This document shows positions 47,168-56,979 of a stretch of DNA of 64,000 nt, piece after piece. A program made the position numbers and the translations under genes. The notes below the pieces were generated by a model, which saw only the letters and a list, made by a program, of their open reading frames with translations, did no database searches and was not told the origin of the DNA. This stretch comes from Nanobdellota archaeon (lineage in GTDB: Archaea; Nanobdellota; Nanobdellia; Parvarchaeales; Parvarchaeaceae): the NCBI GenBank assembly GCA_021800365.1, contig JAJYZA010000001.1, forward strand, positions 19,377-83,376, in the 5' to 3' direction. Each line of letters starts with the position of its first letter. The first letter of the stretch is position 1.

Positions 47168-48697
47168 ATGGAAGCGGATGCACTTGCGGAACAATTAAAC
47201 GGAACGGATAAGCTTTTATTGAGTGCTATAAAAGACTCGCCGGGATTTATTTCAGAGCTTTCTGCAAAATTAAACGTAGATAAAACTGCTCTGCTTAACT
47301 CTACTAGAAAGTTGCTAACTTACAACCTCGTAACGGTAATTAATGAGTTAAATTTAAAGTACACACTTTCGGAAAGCGGAAAGATTTATCTTAAAAATGG
47401 ATTGCCGGAATATTTCTTATATGAATTTTTAAATAAAACCTCTGGAGCGACTTATGAGCACTTAAGAGAAATTGGCCTTGAGAAAGACGAATTAAGCGCC
47501 GCAATAGGAAATTTAAAAAAAAGTGGTATACTGCAAATGGACAATAACCTGCTAATGGTCGACAAAAATAAAAGCAAGACTCTCGAGTATAAGAACATGT
47601 TATTAAAAGCGGTTTCCGAGGAAAAACCAATAATAGAGACAGATGAAGTCAAAGACTTGCTAAAACGTGGGATAATACTTAGGTCTGAGACCATTAATGA
47701 GAAAGTTGAGATAGCCCCACTGGGAATAAATGTAATAAAATCCACAAAATTCAAAAAGGATTTGATTGACCGCCTTACTCCGGAAATAATAAAAAATTGG
47801 AGAGGCTTAGAATTTAGAGAGTACAATCTTGAGACTGAACCCCCGATCCCTCTTTCTGGCCGCAAAAATATAGCAAAGGAGTTTATGTCAAAAATGAAAG
47901 ATGTTTTAGTTGCGATGGGTTTCAGTGAGATGTACAGTAATTACGCAGAATCGAGTTTCTGGAATTTTGATGTACTTATGTTTAAACAAGACCACCCAGA
48001 CAGAGATATACAAGATACCGTCTATATAAATACGACAAAAGCTAAATTACCTACTAAACTAGTAAAAAAAGTAAAGAATGTATACGAGCGGGGATTTTCT
48101 GCTGCCAAAAATAACTGTTCAATCGGCTACCAAAGAGTATTTGATGAAAATAAAAGTAAAATTATTATAATGCGCGGACATACCACCGCAACTACTTTTA
48201 GATATATCAATGATTATATCTCTAAGAATAAAGACGCTCCAGCGAAATACTTTTCTATAAGTAAAGTTTTTAGAAATGAAACCATTGACTCTACACACTT
48301 GCCAGAATTCTACCAAGTAGAAGGAATAGTCTATGGAGATAATTTAAACATTTCGCACTTGATCTGGTATATACAAGAATTTTATGCGCGTATTGGAATA
48401 AAAAAGATAAGATTAAAACCAACTTACAATCCATATACAGAACCGAGTTTAGAAATTCAAGCGTTTAGTCCTAAACTTAACAGATGGTTAGAAGTAGGAA
48501 ACTCCGGCGTATTCAGACCAGAAACGCTTATACCATTTGGCATAAAGAAAAATATAGTTGCATGGGGTTTTGGATTCGATCGTATGCTCCTTTTACGGCT
48601 TGGGATGAGCGACGTAAGAGCGCTGTATGGTGCATTTGCTGATTTAGATAGTTTGAGAACTATAGAAACGAGAAAATTATTCGGAGACTTAAAGTAA
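47168..48697 (+). CDS. pheS: phenylalanine--tRNA ligase alpha subunit
   Basis: 509 aa archaeal-type PheS. Class II motifs (MRGHTTATTFRYI, GFGFDRMLLL) with N-terminal winged-helix region. Confidence 0.8.
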   Translation: MEADALAEQLNGTDKLLLSAIKDSPGFISELSAKLNVDKTALLNSTRKLLTYNLVTVINELNLKYTLSESGKIYLKNGLPEYFLYEFLNKTSGATYEHLREIGLEKDELSAAIGNLKKSGILQMDNNLLMVDKNKSKTLEYKNMLLKAVSEEKPIIETDEVKDLLKRGIILRSETINEKVEIAPLGINVIKSTKFKKDLIDRLTPEIIKNWRGLEFREYNLETEPPIPLSGRKNIAKEFMSKMKDVLVAMGFSEMYSNYAESSFWNFDVLMFKQDHPDRDIQDTVYINTTKAKLPTKLVKKVKNVYERGFSAAKNNCSIGYQRVFDENKSKIIIMRGHTTATTFRYINDYISKNKDAPAKYFSISKVFRNETIDSTHLPEFYQVEGIVYGDNLNISHLIWYIQEFYARIGIKKIRLKPTYNPYTEPSLEIQAFSPKLNRWLEVGNSGVFRPETLIPFGIKKNIVAWGFGFDRMLLLRLGMSDVRALYGAFADLDSLRTIETRKLFGDLK

Positions 48698-48698
48698 T

Positions 48699-50351
48699 AT
48701 GGTAATGATAAATACCACAATGAATGAAATGAACGTACTTATAAAGAAGAGATTAACAAGGAAAGATTATGAAGACATCTGCTTTAGATATGGAATAGAT
48801 ATAGAAGGAGACGATAACTACCTAAATTTTGAACTCACTTCTGATAGAATTGAACTTGCATCAAAATTCTCGTTGGCGTGGCTCATAGGACAATTGATCA
48901 ATGTAAAGGTACACAGAACCGAAACCGTATTAGCAAAAAAACTATCGGTAAATATAGAAAATACGCATCGTCCTTTTGTAAACCTCTTATATGTAAAATT
49001 GACTGAGCCGCTCGGTAACAAAATTAAAGAACTACTTACCTTACAGGATAAATTTGATAAGACGGTTGGCAGAAATAGGCATTCTGCGGCGATAGGCATA
49101 TTCGATTTTTCTAAAATAAAATTTCCAATCGAATATAGAGAGGATGACCCTGCCAAAATCTCATTTACCCCCTTAGCCTCGGCTTCACCCAAAAGTTTTG
49201 AAGAGATAATGACGAACACCGAGAAAGGCAGAATGTATAAAAACCTTATTAAGAACAGACCTATAGTCTGGAGACAAGCCGATGAAAAGATCTTTGCCAT
49301 GCCGCCTATAATAAATGCTGATTTTTCATCTGTAACTAATACTACAAAAAGCCTACTTGTTGATATAACTGGAAATAATAAAGAGACTGTAAACGCGCTA
49401 ACAAAAGCGCTTATATTCAATCTTCAGTTTTTCGGTGAAGTCACTGTCATAAAACCAACCTATTCCGATAAAAAAAATGACCCAAATTTAAATTTTAAAC
49501 AAAATAAATTTTTCTTGGATAATACAAATATTTCCAATTTGTTGGGAGAGAATAGCATATCGTTAAAGGAAGCCTCTCGGATCCTTAAGACTATGGATTA
49601 TAAAGTGTTTGAAGAAAAATCAGGACTGATAGTATTGCCACCATTTTATAGACAAGATGTAATACATCAAGTGGATGTAATCGATGATATACTTAGATTT
49701 TATGGTGTACAAAATATTAAACCAATAGAATCTAACTTATATACGTTAGGTTCAAAACTCCGCGGCTCTGAATCCATAGAAAATATTAGATCTTTGATTG
49801 TCGGCTTCGGTTACCAGGAACTTGATTTAAATATCCTCACAAATGAAGAATACCAATTTAAAAAGACGGGAATACTCGCTGAAAACTATGCCGCACTCAT
49901 AGATCAAAAAAGTGGGGACATAACAATGGCCAGAGCAAATCTTCTGCCAGAACTACTACGAACAATATCCAATAACTTGCACAAGAAATTTCCACAAAGT
50001 TTATTTGATATTGGATTTGTGCTCAAAAAAAGTGGTGCAGATGTAATGTTTAGTAATGAGCTGCATCTTTGTATGGGTTACTGTGGCTTAACTTCAAATC
50101 TAAGTGATATACTCGTGGTTCTAAGAAAGCTATTAAAAGATACTTTCGGTGACGAAAAATTGAGTATACATAGTGATGAAAAAAGTGATGGATTTGAGAA
50201 GATGTTTATTAAAGGCAGAGGCGGCTCGGCGTACTTTGGCAATAAAAAGATTGGCGTTGTAGGTGAAGTACACCCGCGCGTATTAAATGAATTCGGAATA
50301 GAGTTGCCGACGTCGGTAGCCGAAATAAACATTGAGCAACTGTTACTATGA
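48699..50351 (+). CDS. pheT: phenylalanine--tRNA ligase beta subunit
   Basis: 550 aa. B3/B4 and B5 domain arrangement of archaeal PheT, immediately downstream of pheS. Confidence 0.7.
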   Translation: MVMINTTMNEMNVLIKKRLTRKDYEDICFRYGIDIEGDDNYLNFELTSDRIELASKFSLAWLIGQLINVKVHRTETVLAKKLSVNIENTHRPFVNLLYVKLTEPLGNKIKELLTLQDKFDKTVGRNRHSAAIGIFDFSKIKFPIEYREDDPAKISFTPLASASPKSFEEIMTNTEKGRMYKNLIKNRPIVWRQADEKIFAMPPIINADFSSVTNTTKSLLVDITGNNKETVNALTKALIFNLQFFGEVTVIKPTYSDKKNDPNLNFKQNKFFLDNTNISNLLGENSISLKEASRILKTMDYKVFEEKSGLIVLPPFYRQDVIHQVDVIDDILRFYGVQNIKPIESNLYTLGSKLRGSESIENIRSLIVGFGYQELDLNILTNEEYQFKKTGILAENYAALIDQKSGDITMARANLLPELLRTISNNLHKKFPQSLFDIGFVLKKSGADVMFSNELHLCMGYCGLTSNLSDILVVLRKLLKDTFGDEKLSIHSDEKSDGFEKMFIKGRGGSAYFGNKKIGVVGEVHPRVLNEFGIELPTSVAEINIEQLLL

Positions 50352-50806
50352 ATTGTGAGCTATGCGGACTTTACAGCGATAAGTTTTATAAGGCGGAGAT
50401 AGAGGGCGCTGTCTTAATTGTCTGCAGTCAGTGTTCTAGATATGGAAAGATACTTGATGAAGCGGAAATAAATACGAATGAAAATAACAAAAACTCGCGA
50501 ACTCCCCATACTGTTCTGCGTGAGGAACTTCGTCCAGATTATGCGGGGGTAATAAGTGAAAGCTGTAAGGAAAAGAAAGTCTCCCTAGAAAATCTATGTA
50601 AAAATATATTGATCTCAAAAAGTGAAATGAAAAGAATTCTCGCTGGGAAATTGTTACCATCTGATGAACTTATAAAGAAATTTGAAAAGTATCTTGGCAT
50701 TAAGTTGACAGAGCCTTCTCTATATAAAATTAAAGAACCAAAATCAGATACGACTATATCCTTTGAGGATGTAGTTGAAATAAAAAGAAAACCTAAGCAG
50801 GGGTAG
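50348..50806 (+). CDS. multiprotein bridging factor 1-like (aMBF1): zinc ribbon + HTH
   Basis: N-terminal CELCG...CSQCSRYG zinc ribbon and C-terminal Cro/C1-type HTH (ENLCKNILISKSEMKRILAGK). Its 3' end overlaps tRNA-Leu(UAG) by 10 nt. Confidence 0.6.
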   Translation: MNCELCGLYSDKFYKAEIEGAVLIVCSQCSRYGKILDEAEINTNENNKNSRTPHTVLREELRPDYAGVISESCKEKKVSLENLCKNILISKSEMKRILAGKLLPSDELIKKFEKYLGIKLTEPSLYKIKEPKSDTTISFEDVVEIKRKPKQG

Positions 50807-50879
50807 CGAAGCGGTCAAACGCGTAAGGCTTAGGACCTTATGGCTTAGGCCTTCGAGGGTTCGAATCCCTCCTCCTGCA
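50797..50879 (+). tRNA. tRNA-Leu(UAG)
   Basis: GCAGGGG-TA-GCG-AAGCGGTCAAA-CGC-G-TAAGG-CTTAGGA-CCTTA, variable arm TGGCTTAGGCCTTC, GAGGG-TTCGAAT-CCCTC, acceptor CTCCTGC, discriminator A. Confidence 0.85.
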
Positions 50880-50935
50880 TATTAGTCTATCGGATTAATT
50901 CAAGTCAAATTACTGGAATGTATATGTGTGTAAAA

Positions 50936-51004
50936 GACGACTTTGTTTATAAAATAGTCAAATAAGCTTACTTTGTAAACAGTTTTAAGACTTTATAAAC
51001 AAGG
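50936..51004 (+). promoter_or_regulatory. three imperfect direct repeats AAGAC(GA)CTTTGT(T)TATAAAC upstream of the sepF-like gene
   Basis: gacgactttgtttataaaatag, cttactttgtaaacag and aagactttataaacaagg within 70 nt. A GGAGG SD follows at 51073. Confidence 0.35.
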
Positions 51005-51087
51005 CCGTAAAAGACGTTAAAGTTATAATGATAGGATTTAAATACGCAAAATAATAATATAAAGTATAGAATAGGAGGTACATTTAT

Positions 51088-51480
51088 ATGGCAGTTTTAT
51101 CAATCGATAAGTTTTTGAATCTTTTCAGAAAACAAGTAAATCTTGAGGAATCAAAGGAATATGTTGAGCTTGAAGTAGACCAAAAAGAAAAACCAATAGC
51201 AAAGTTATATGTAAAGTATTATACGTTAGCAAAATTTGAAGATTCCGGCTCAGTATTAAATGATATCCGATCCGGATCTACACTTTCTTTCATAAAAGTT
51301 AAAGAAATACGAGAGAAAGGTGGCATGGATGAATTAAAGAGAACGATAACTAAAATGAAACGAAGCTCCGATGCTTCTGATGCACAAATAGTTGGAATAG
51401 ATGAGGACTATATCTTAATAGTTCCTAATTTTGTTAAGGTGGAAAAAGGCGACGTATTAACGCAAAAATCGACGACTTAA
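51088..51480 (+). CDS. sepF: SepF-like cell-division protein
   Basis: 130 aa. IRSGSTLSFIKVKEIR...DELKRTITKMKR...AQIVGIDEDYILIVPNFVKVEKG follows the pattern of the SepF C-terminal domain (vvNL...akRiiDfl.G..yai.G...rig.difL..P..V.v.G). Confidence 0.45.
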   Translation: MAVLSIDKFLNLFRKQVNLEESKEYVELEVDQKEKPIAKLYVKYYTLAKFEDSGSVLNDIRSGSTLSFIKVKEIREKGGMDELKRTITKMKRSSDASDAQIVGIDEDYILIVPNFVKVEKGDVLTQKSTT

Positions 51481-51806
51481 CCCCCAGCATACTTAAGAGC
51501 AGCGAATGCAGCCGCTATAGCCGGTTTATCTGCGTTATTTGTTATGTTTAACATAGTTAGATTAGAGAGTAAGTTATTTATCTCTGTTGGAGAAGATTGC
51601 ATTACTTTTGTAACATTAAAACTATATTTAATATCATCATAAATCTCTACAGAGGTTATATCCATCCCAACTATATCTGGTTTCGCAACGGATAGGACTT
51701 CCTTAACTTCATTAATGTTCTTTAAACGATGCACCTGTACGGTTGAATTTATTAGTACCGCCACTATAATCCGCCCGTTTACCATCGTTATACCTGCGCT
51801 TTTCAT
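51477..51806 (-). CDS. hypothetical protein
   Basis: 109 aa. Its upstream part overlaps the 3' end of the methyltransferase ORF, so the true start may be an internal Met. Confidence 0.2.
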   Translation of the reverse strand: MKSAGITMVNGRIIVAVLINSTVQVHRLKNINEVKEVLSVAKPDIVGMDITSVEIYDDIKYSFNVTKVMQSSPTEINNLLSNLTMLNITNNADKPAIAAAFAALKYAGG

Positions 51807-52365
51807 ATATTCTCAAAAGTATCAATTCCTCGAAAAAGAATCGCTTAGTATCTAATACTTTAAACTTAAAGTTAAGTGACATTAAGCGTTTATAAACCTT
51901 ATCTAAGTCATAAGCCGTGGATAAAATCAAAAACGCTTCACCACCCGGCTTTAAATGTGATCTAAGGCCGTCTATAGCTCTTAGTGTTATTTCATACCCC
52001 TCGTGTCCGCCAATCGTAGCGATATCTAAATAATCGATTCCTTTATGAATTCCGGGAAGATATGGTGGGTTCATATATATAGTGTCAAAAAAGTGCCCGT
52101 TTAACCCGGTAAATAGATTTGAGCGCAGGACCTCATAATTTTTTATTCCGTTTATCTTGGCATTTAATCTCACTAAAGCTAACGCGGCCGCGCTAATATC
52201 AACAAAGGTTACTTTGCATGCTAAAGGTGCGGCACTGATACCTATTATACCGCTACCAGCAAACATGTCAAGCACTTCTCCGTGAGCATATTTTACGGCT
52301 TTGAGCAGTAGATATGAGTCTTCAGATGGCGGATAAACGTTAGCAGCACTTTTAATCTTTATCAT
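51712..52365 (-). CDS. HemK/Mtq2-like N5-glutamine (release factor) methyltransferase
   Basis: LDMFAGSGIIGI (motif I) and IYMNPPY (NPPY catalytic motif). About 200 aa, typical of archaeal Mtq2. Confidence 0.6.
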   Translation of the reverse strand: MIKIKSAANVYPPSEDSYLLLKAVKYAHGEVLDMFAGSGIIGISAAPLACKVTFVDISAAALALVRLNAKINGIKNYEVLRSNLFTGLNGHFFDTIYMNPPYLPGIHKGIDYLDIATIGGHEGYEITLRAIDGLRSHLKPGGEAFLILSTAYDLDKVYKRLMSLNFKFKVLDTKRFFFEELILLRIYEKRRYNDGKRADYSGGTNKFNRTGASFKEH

Positions 52366-52431
52366 ACTAAATAAACTATAACAAAATCTTTATGAATAAT
52401 TAACTTTTAATAGATTAATAGAAGTGAATTT

Positions 52432-52908
52432 ATGTACTCAAAAGTGTCTAAAAGATTTATCATAGCCACTATCATTATTGCCTCTGCATTGGTGCTCGCA
52501 ATATACGGTGGTATATCTAGCGCACGAAGCACTTCCGCTCAAAGTAAACTTTATATAAACTGCAGTGGATTAAATCTTGAATTTAATTATAGCGCACAAA
52601 AGACTACAATCATTGCGCCGCTTGGAAAAGATACTTTTAATGTTATATATTTAAATAACACGGGAAACTCTACGTATAATATAAGTATCTCGGGGCAGAA
52701 TAGCACTAATTTACAGTTACTTTTTGCTAAATCCTTTAATACGCAGGCAGGTCAATCCGGTTATTATACCGAATATGAGATTATTAATCCGACTACTCCA
52801 GGAAATTATACGGAGAATATAACCCTTACGTCTTTATATAAAAATTGCATGCTTTCGAAGTACTTACTCGCACATATAGAAGTTATAAACGACAATAAAA
52901 CGGGATAA
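52432..52908 (+). CDS. hypothetical secreted protein
   Basis: N-terminal signal or anchor, many N-x-S/T sequons (NCS, NYS, NNT, NST, NIS, NST, NYT, NIT). Confidence 0.3.
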   Translation: MYSKVSKRFIIATIIIASALVLAIYGGISSARSTSAQSKLYINCSGLNLEFNYSAQKTTIIAPLGKDTFNVIYLNNTGNSTYNISISGQNSTNLQLLFAKSFNTQAGQSGYYTEYEIINPTTPGNYTENITLTSLYKNCMLSKYLLAHIEVINDNKTG

Positions 52909-53247
52909 ATGGAAAATAACATAATAAAGGATAGACTCCTTGGGAACATAGACGTACTTTCTGACGTTAGAGTACGCGTAGTGGGTACTATTAGCAATGT
53001 GGACACAAAAATAGGTACTTTTGAATTAGTTTATGAAGAAAAGAGGGTTACTTGCCTGCCTCCAATAAGTCAAAAATATCACCCGCTTATAGGCGATAAT
53101 GTAACATTAGTAGGCCGCATTGTACCTACCGACAACAACGAAATTGAGATAAGAACTGAATCTGTAGCTAAAATCTCCAAAGAAGAATTAGATTCTTACA
53201 TTAAGTATTTAAAGTTGCGAAATGAAGTATTAAATAATGGAAGTTGA
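52909..53247 (+). CDS. hypothetical OB-fold-like small protein upstream of PCNA
   Basis: 112 aa, beta-rich (VRVVGTISNVD...FELV...VTLVGRIV), overlapping the PCNA start. Confidence 0.25.
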   Translation: MENNIIKDRLLGNIDVLSDVRVRVVGTISNVDTKIGTFELVYEEKRVTCLPPISQKYHPLIGDNVTLVGRIVPTDNNEIEIRTESVAKISKEELDSYIKYLKLRNEVLNNGS

Positions 53248-53977
53248 ATTCAAGGACGCTGATCTTTTTAAGAGAATAATGGACACTGTTGGCGGCTTAA
53301 TGGCCGATGTTTCTCTTGATTTTACAAACACTGGTTTCTCTATAAAAGCGATGAGTCCAGACAATGTCGCCATGATTATGGTTGAAGGTACAAAAGATCT
53401 GTTCGGTTCCTTTAACGTAGATAAAGACACTAAACTTTCTGTTTCATTGGATGACCTTAATAATATACTAAAATTACTAAAAAAAGAGGATAAGCTTCGT
53501 CTTACGGATTCAAAAAATCGCCTGAATCTAGACATTAGTGGAAAAAATAAGATGCATTTTGTGATACCATTGATAGATGAGAATTATACTGCTCAGAAGG
53601 TACCACAACTAAAATTTTCAGCAGAGGTAACCATGCTATCGGCGCTGATAAAAGAAGCCATAAAGGCCGGTTTCTTGGTTGATGACTCACTCTATGTAAC
53701 TATAGATGGACAAAGAGTGATACTGAGTGCAAGAAGCGAAGAAAAGGAATTCTCAGAAGATTTATCTATAAACGACAATAAAGAAATATTTAATATCCAT
53801 TCCGATGTAATAACCCGATCAAAGTATTCAATAGAACATCTTACTAAATTTCTTAATTCTCTTGATGCTGATAAACCAGTTAAACTATCTCTCTCAAACA
53901 GCTATCCGCTTAGACTCGATTACGAAATAAATGCTAATGCGAAGATGTCTTTTATTCTAGCGAATAGGATAGAGTAA
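53237..53977 (+). CDS. pcn: DNA polymerase sliding clamp PCNA
   Basis: 246 aa. Two-domain PCNA pattern (FKRIMDTVGGLMADVSLDFTNTGFSIKAMSPDNVAMIMV...) and length. Confidence 0.8.
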   Translation: MEVEFKDADLFKRIMDTVGGLMADVSLDFTNTGFSIKAMSPDNVAMIMVEGTKDLFGSFNVDKDTKLSVSLDDLNNILKLLKKEDKLRLTDSKNRLNLDISGKNKMHFVIPLIDENYTAQKVPQLKFSAEVTMLSALIKEAIKAGFLVDDSLYVTIDGQRVILSARSEEKEFSEDLSINDNKEIFNIHSDVITRSKYSIEHLTKFLNSLDADKPVKLSLSNSYPLRLDYEINANAKMSFILANRIE

Positions 53978-53979
53978 AC

Positions 53980-54420
53980 CTAGAAAGAATATAGCTCATC
54001 GTCATAACGGTAAATATTAGTCAATAAATCCGGCAATACACTCATATCTACGCTTAGAATTTTCCCATGAGATTCTACGTGATTGATAAGCGAAGCAGTC
54101 TTGTTTTTGGTTACCAAAAGAACTATTTTCTTTTTGTATTGAAAATCTGTTCTGGTTTTAAGATAATTCTCTGCGCGTACGCGTTGTTTTATCACAAAGT
54201 CCTCTTCTTTGCCAGGGGAGACGTATAAGTGGTCCTTACAATCGATAAAAAAACATCTCTTTTCATCATATGCAATCACGTCTATCTGGAATCTCCTAAC
54301 CGTCTTAAATCTTATATCCTGCTCAGATTTGTACCCAAACTGATCAAAAATTTCTGCAACGTCTCTTTCAAACTGTTCCCAATCTGTTTTTTTCTCTTTT
54401 ACCTTTACATCAAAATACAT
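53980..54420 (-). CDS. PD-(D/E)xK restriction-endonuclease-fold protein (Mrr-cat/NERD-like)
   Basis: FQIDVIAYDE...FFIDCKD spells D...(D/E)xK. 146 aa. Directly abuts tRNA-Gly. Confidence 0.4.
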   Translation of the reverse strand: MYFDVKVKEKKTDWEQFERDVAEIFDQFGYKSEQDIRFKTVRRFQIDVIAYDEKRCFFIDCKDHLYVSPGKEEDFVIKQRVRAENYLKTRTDFQYKKKIVLLVTKNKTASLINHVESHGKILSVDMSVLPDLLTNIYRYDDELYSF

Positions 54421-54435
54421 AATTTAATTAAAATC

Positions 54436-54521
54436 TGCATCGACCGGGATTCGAACCCGGGTCTCCACCGCACTACCATAATAGTTGGCAGGGTGGTGTC
54501 TTACCACTGGACTATCGATGC
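54436..54521 (-). tRNA. tRNA-Gly(GCC) with about 15-nt intron
   Basis: Reverse complement GCATCGA-TA-GTC-CAGTGGTAA-GAC-A-CCACC-CTGCCA|ACTATTATGGTAGTG|C-GGTGG-AGAC-CCGGG-TTCGAAT-CCCGG-TCGATGC-A. The loop nucleotides CTGCCA pair with the intron TGGTAG. Confidence 0.6.
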
Positions 54522-54541
54522 GCTTTCAAGAAGATAATAAT

Positions 54542-54895
54542 TTACTCGCTTTTATAATTTTTGCCTTGACTTTTAACCCCCCGCACGCGTCTGCTTAAAC
54601 GATAAAGATAAACCCAATTTATAAGATTTTGTACACGCCTGGTAAGTGTACCGAACCCAATAAATTTTAATATAAACAATACCAAGGACGCTACTAACGG
54701 GATATAAATATATGGGACAAACGCGCCGATACTAAAAAATAATCCAGATATAATTGCAGTTGCCAATAAACCGGCATCGAGGCGATATAGAAATGAAAGG
54801 GCCACTCCACTTGCTATTGCGGCGATAAATATGTAAAATATAGTTGGATTAGAATATTGAACTGTAAGCAGCACTAAGTCTAATGCATTTGCCAT
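54542..54895 (-). CDS. hypothetical small membrane protein
   Basis: 117 aa, 3 predicted transmembrane helices. Confidence 0.3.
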   Translation of the reverse strand: MANALDLVLLTVQYSNPTIFYIFIAAIASGVALSFLYRLDAGLLATAIISGLFFSIGAFVPYIYIPLVASLVLFILKFIGFGTLTRRVQNLINWVYLYRLSRRVRGVKSQGKNYKSE

Positions 54896-54901
54896 AACAC
54901 A

Positions 54902-55303
54902 TCAAAATAATTGCAAATCGCCGGTTATGGAATCTAGCTTATCTGCATAATATGGGCCTACCCCTATAGCAGTTTCTGTGCCGGGTGCCACCTGAGTGCG
55001 GCCCGCATCTGTAACGACGGCGAATGGTATCTTAGCTGCTGAAAGTTTCTTCTTAATGCTCTCCGCCTCTATACCATCCTTTAGTCTTAAAACTATTTTA
55101 GTTTGTCCGCTTAAGATCCATTCTTTGATTATATCCGGATGTTTTTTGAGAACAGTTAGATAACTAAGGACACTTGCATGCGCTGCCTGCGCCGCTGCCT
55201 TTCCAGCGCCCATCTTCAAATCCTTTCTTAGAAGTATAACTTGTTTTATAGCAACCACCGCCTCTTCTCCATTTTTAATCATACAAGGATTACTGCACAC
55301 CAC
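54902..55303 (-). CDS. pth2: peptidyl-tRNA hydrolase, archaeal type
   Basis: KQVILLRKDLKMGAGKAAAQAAHAS...KIVLRL...AVVTDAGRTQVAPGTETAIGVGP are conserved Pth2 blocks. Confidence 0.8.
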   Translation of the reverse strand: MVCSNPCMIKNGEEAVVAIKQVILLRKDLKMGAGKAAAQAAHASVLSYLTVLKKHPDIIKEWILSGQTKIVLRLKDGIEAESIKKKLSAAKIPFAVVTDAGRTQVAPGTETAIGVGPYYADKLDSITGDLQLF

Positions 55304-55366
55304 GATAAATATTTATGTTTATGCATAAAAGAAAGTTATAAATAGGCAGATTCAATAAAGATACGA

Positions 55367-55576
55367 ATGGAAGAAGCAAAAAACGTTAAGTCTTCTGCGA
55401 CTGAAAAGAGCGTTATAACACATTTTTGTGCGTCGTGTGGAAGAGACATATCCGTCATTGGAGACTCTGTTATTTTTAAATGCCCAAACTGCGGTGATGA
55501 AATTGTGCGCTGTGGAAAATGCAGGATAAAAGGTACCGAATTCCAGTGCCACGCGTGCGGATTCGTTGGTCCTTAA
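55367..55576 (+). CDS. zinc-ribbon protein conserved upstream of ef1b
   Basis: 69 aa with four CxxC pairs (CASCG, CPNCG, CGKC, CHACG). Confidence 0.5.
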   Translation: MEEAKNVKSSATEKSVITHFCASCGRDISVIGDSVIFKCPNCGDEIVRCGKCRIKGTEFQCHACGFVGP

Positions 55577-55847
55577 TATGGCAAAGGTCGTTCTAAAGAT
55601 AAAGGCACTTCCGAAGGATACATCTACAAATATAGATGAATTAAAAGAGAAGTTAAAAGTATTTTTAAGCCAGCACGGTGTTGTCTATAGAACCGAAGTG
55701 CAGCCTCTCGCTTTTGGACTGAATGTTGTTATGGTAACCCTCATAGTTGAAGAGTCTGAAGGTACCTCAAAATTAGAAACAGAATTTGAGAAGTTCAAAG
55801 ATGCAGAGATGTCAATAATCGATCTCTCTAGGATGCCTGAGTTTTAG
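55566..55847 (+). CDS. ef1b: elongation factor 1-beta
   Basis: 93 aa. MAKVVLKIKALPKDTSTNIDELKEKLK...LAFGLNVVMV is the aEF-1beta pattern. Confidence 0.75.
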   Translation: MVLNMAKVVLKIKALPKDTSTNIDELKEKLKVFLSQHGVVYRTEVQPLAFGLNVVMVTLIVEESEGTSKLETEFEKFKDAEMSIIDLSRMPEF

Positions 55848-56910
55848 ATTCTTTAAGCTGTCTTTTAATCTCTTCAACAAGGGATAATTTAAATTTCTCT
55901 TTATCTTTTGGATGTATAGTCGCCCCCGTTGCATGGTCGTGCCCGCCGCCATTTCCCTTTATTTTTCTAAATATGGATTTTAAAACCACTGGGAGCTTCA
56001 CATCTAACCCATTAGCCCGCATATTGATACGCATAGTATCTGCTTTTATCTTTGACATAAACACAATGACCTTGCCATAATATTCTGGACCGATGCTTAA
56101 AGGTGTGATAACTGCAGACGAATAGCGCTTCTTCATACGAGGCACCTCATAGAAGTATACTAGGTCTTCATATTGCTCCGCTTCGTGTTCAAAACCCGCT
56201 CTTAACAGATGTATCTCATTTTTTACGGTATTATTCGCCGACAATAACTTTTCATTATTTATAAGAGTGGCTAAGGACTTTGTTTTTAGTAATATACCTA
56301 ATGCCTCATCAGCACCCTCTCTACCATAACGAACTGTCATAGAATTAAGCATTGATGCTGCGAGACCAAATTCATTATCATAAAGATATTCATCTTCCTT
56401 TAATTTTACTCCATACTTTGTAGCTGCGGTTTTTAACCATTCTCTTTGCTCTTTTCCCCCCGCATCACTAACGAGCCCTATCGCAGCAATCCATCCGGAT
56501 TCTGGAACGATTGATTCGAAAATTCGATAAGTGAGAAGTGAGCAAGGCGTATAAGTATTATCTCCCCACATTTTTGGGTTTATGTAGTGGATTCCTATAT
56601 AGTCTATAAGCTCATGGTGGTCTATTATGCATGAGTTTTTTGTTTTTAATTTGAGCAGAAACGAATTCGAGACTTGCATATCGCACAATATAATATTGTC
56701 ACTAAACTCTGACAAATCAATTTTGCCTTCAAAATCCTCGTAATTGGTTGGTCTTACTGAGTTAATATCCTTATGCTGGTATTCGATTGCCTTTATTATA
56801 ATTGCTGCACTTGCTATTCCATCTCCGTCTAAATGATAAAAAATCGAGAAATCATTGTTTTCTTGAATATAATTTATAATTTTCTTAATTTCTGCTACGC
56901 CTTCTTCCAT
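55828..56910 (-). CDS. DHH/DHHA1 phosphoesterase (NrnA/RecJ-like)
   Basis: Motif I YHLDGDGIASA, motif III IIDHHE and DHHA1 GNGGGHDHATGA. 360 aa. Confidence 0.7.
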   Translation of the reverse strand: MEEGVAEIKKIINYIQENNDFSIFYHLDGDGIASAAIIIKAIEYQHKDINSVRPTNYEDFEGKIDLSEFSDNIILCDMQVSNSFLLKLKTKNSCIIDHHELIDYIGIHYINPKMWGDNTYTPCSLLTYRIFESIVPESGWIAAIGLVSDAGGKEQREWLKTAATKYGVKLKEDEYLYDNEFGLAASMLNSMTVRYGREGADEALGILLKTKSLATLINNEKLLSANNTVKNEIHLLRAGFEHEAEQYEDLVYFYEVPRMKKRYSSAVITPLSIGPEYYGKVIVFMSKIKADTMRINMRANGLDVKLPVVLKSIFRKIKGNGGGHDHATGATIHPKDKEKFKLSLVEEIKRQLKESKTQAS

Positions 56911-56979
56911 AAAAATAACTACAATAAAAAGTATTACGACTGCGGCGTATAAATAATCAATAAAGCACTAAAGGCTAAC

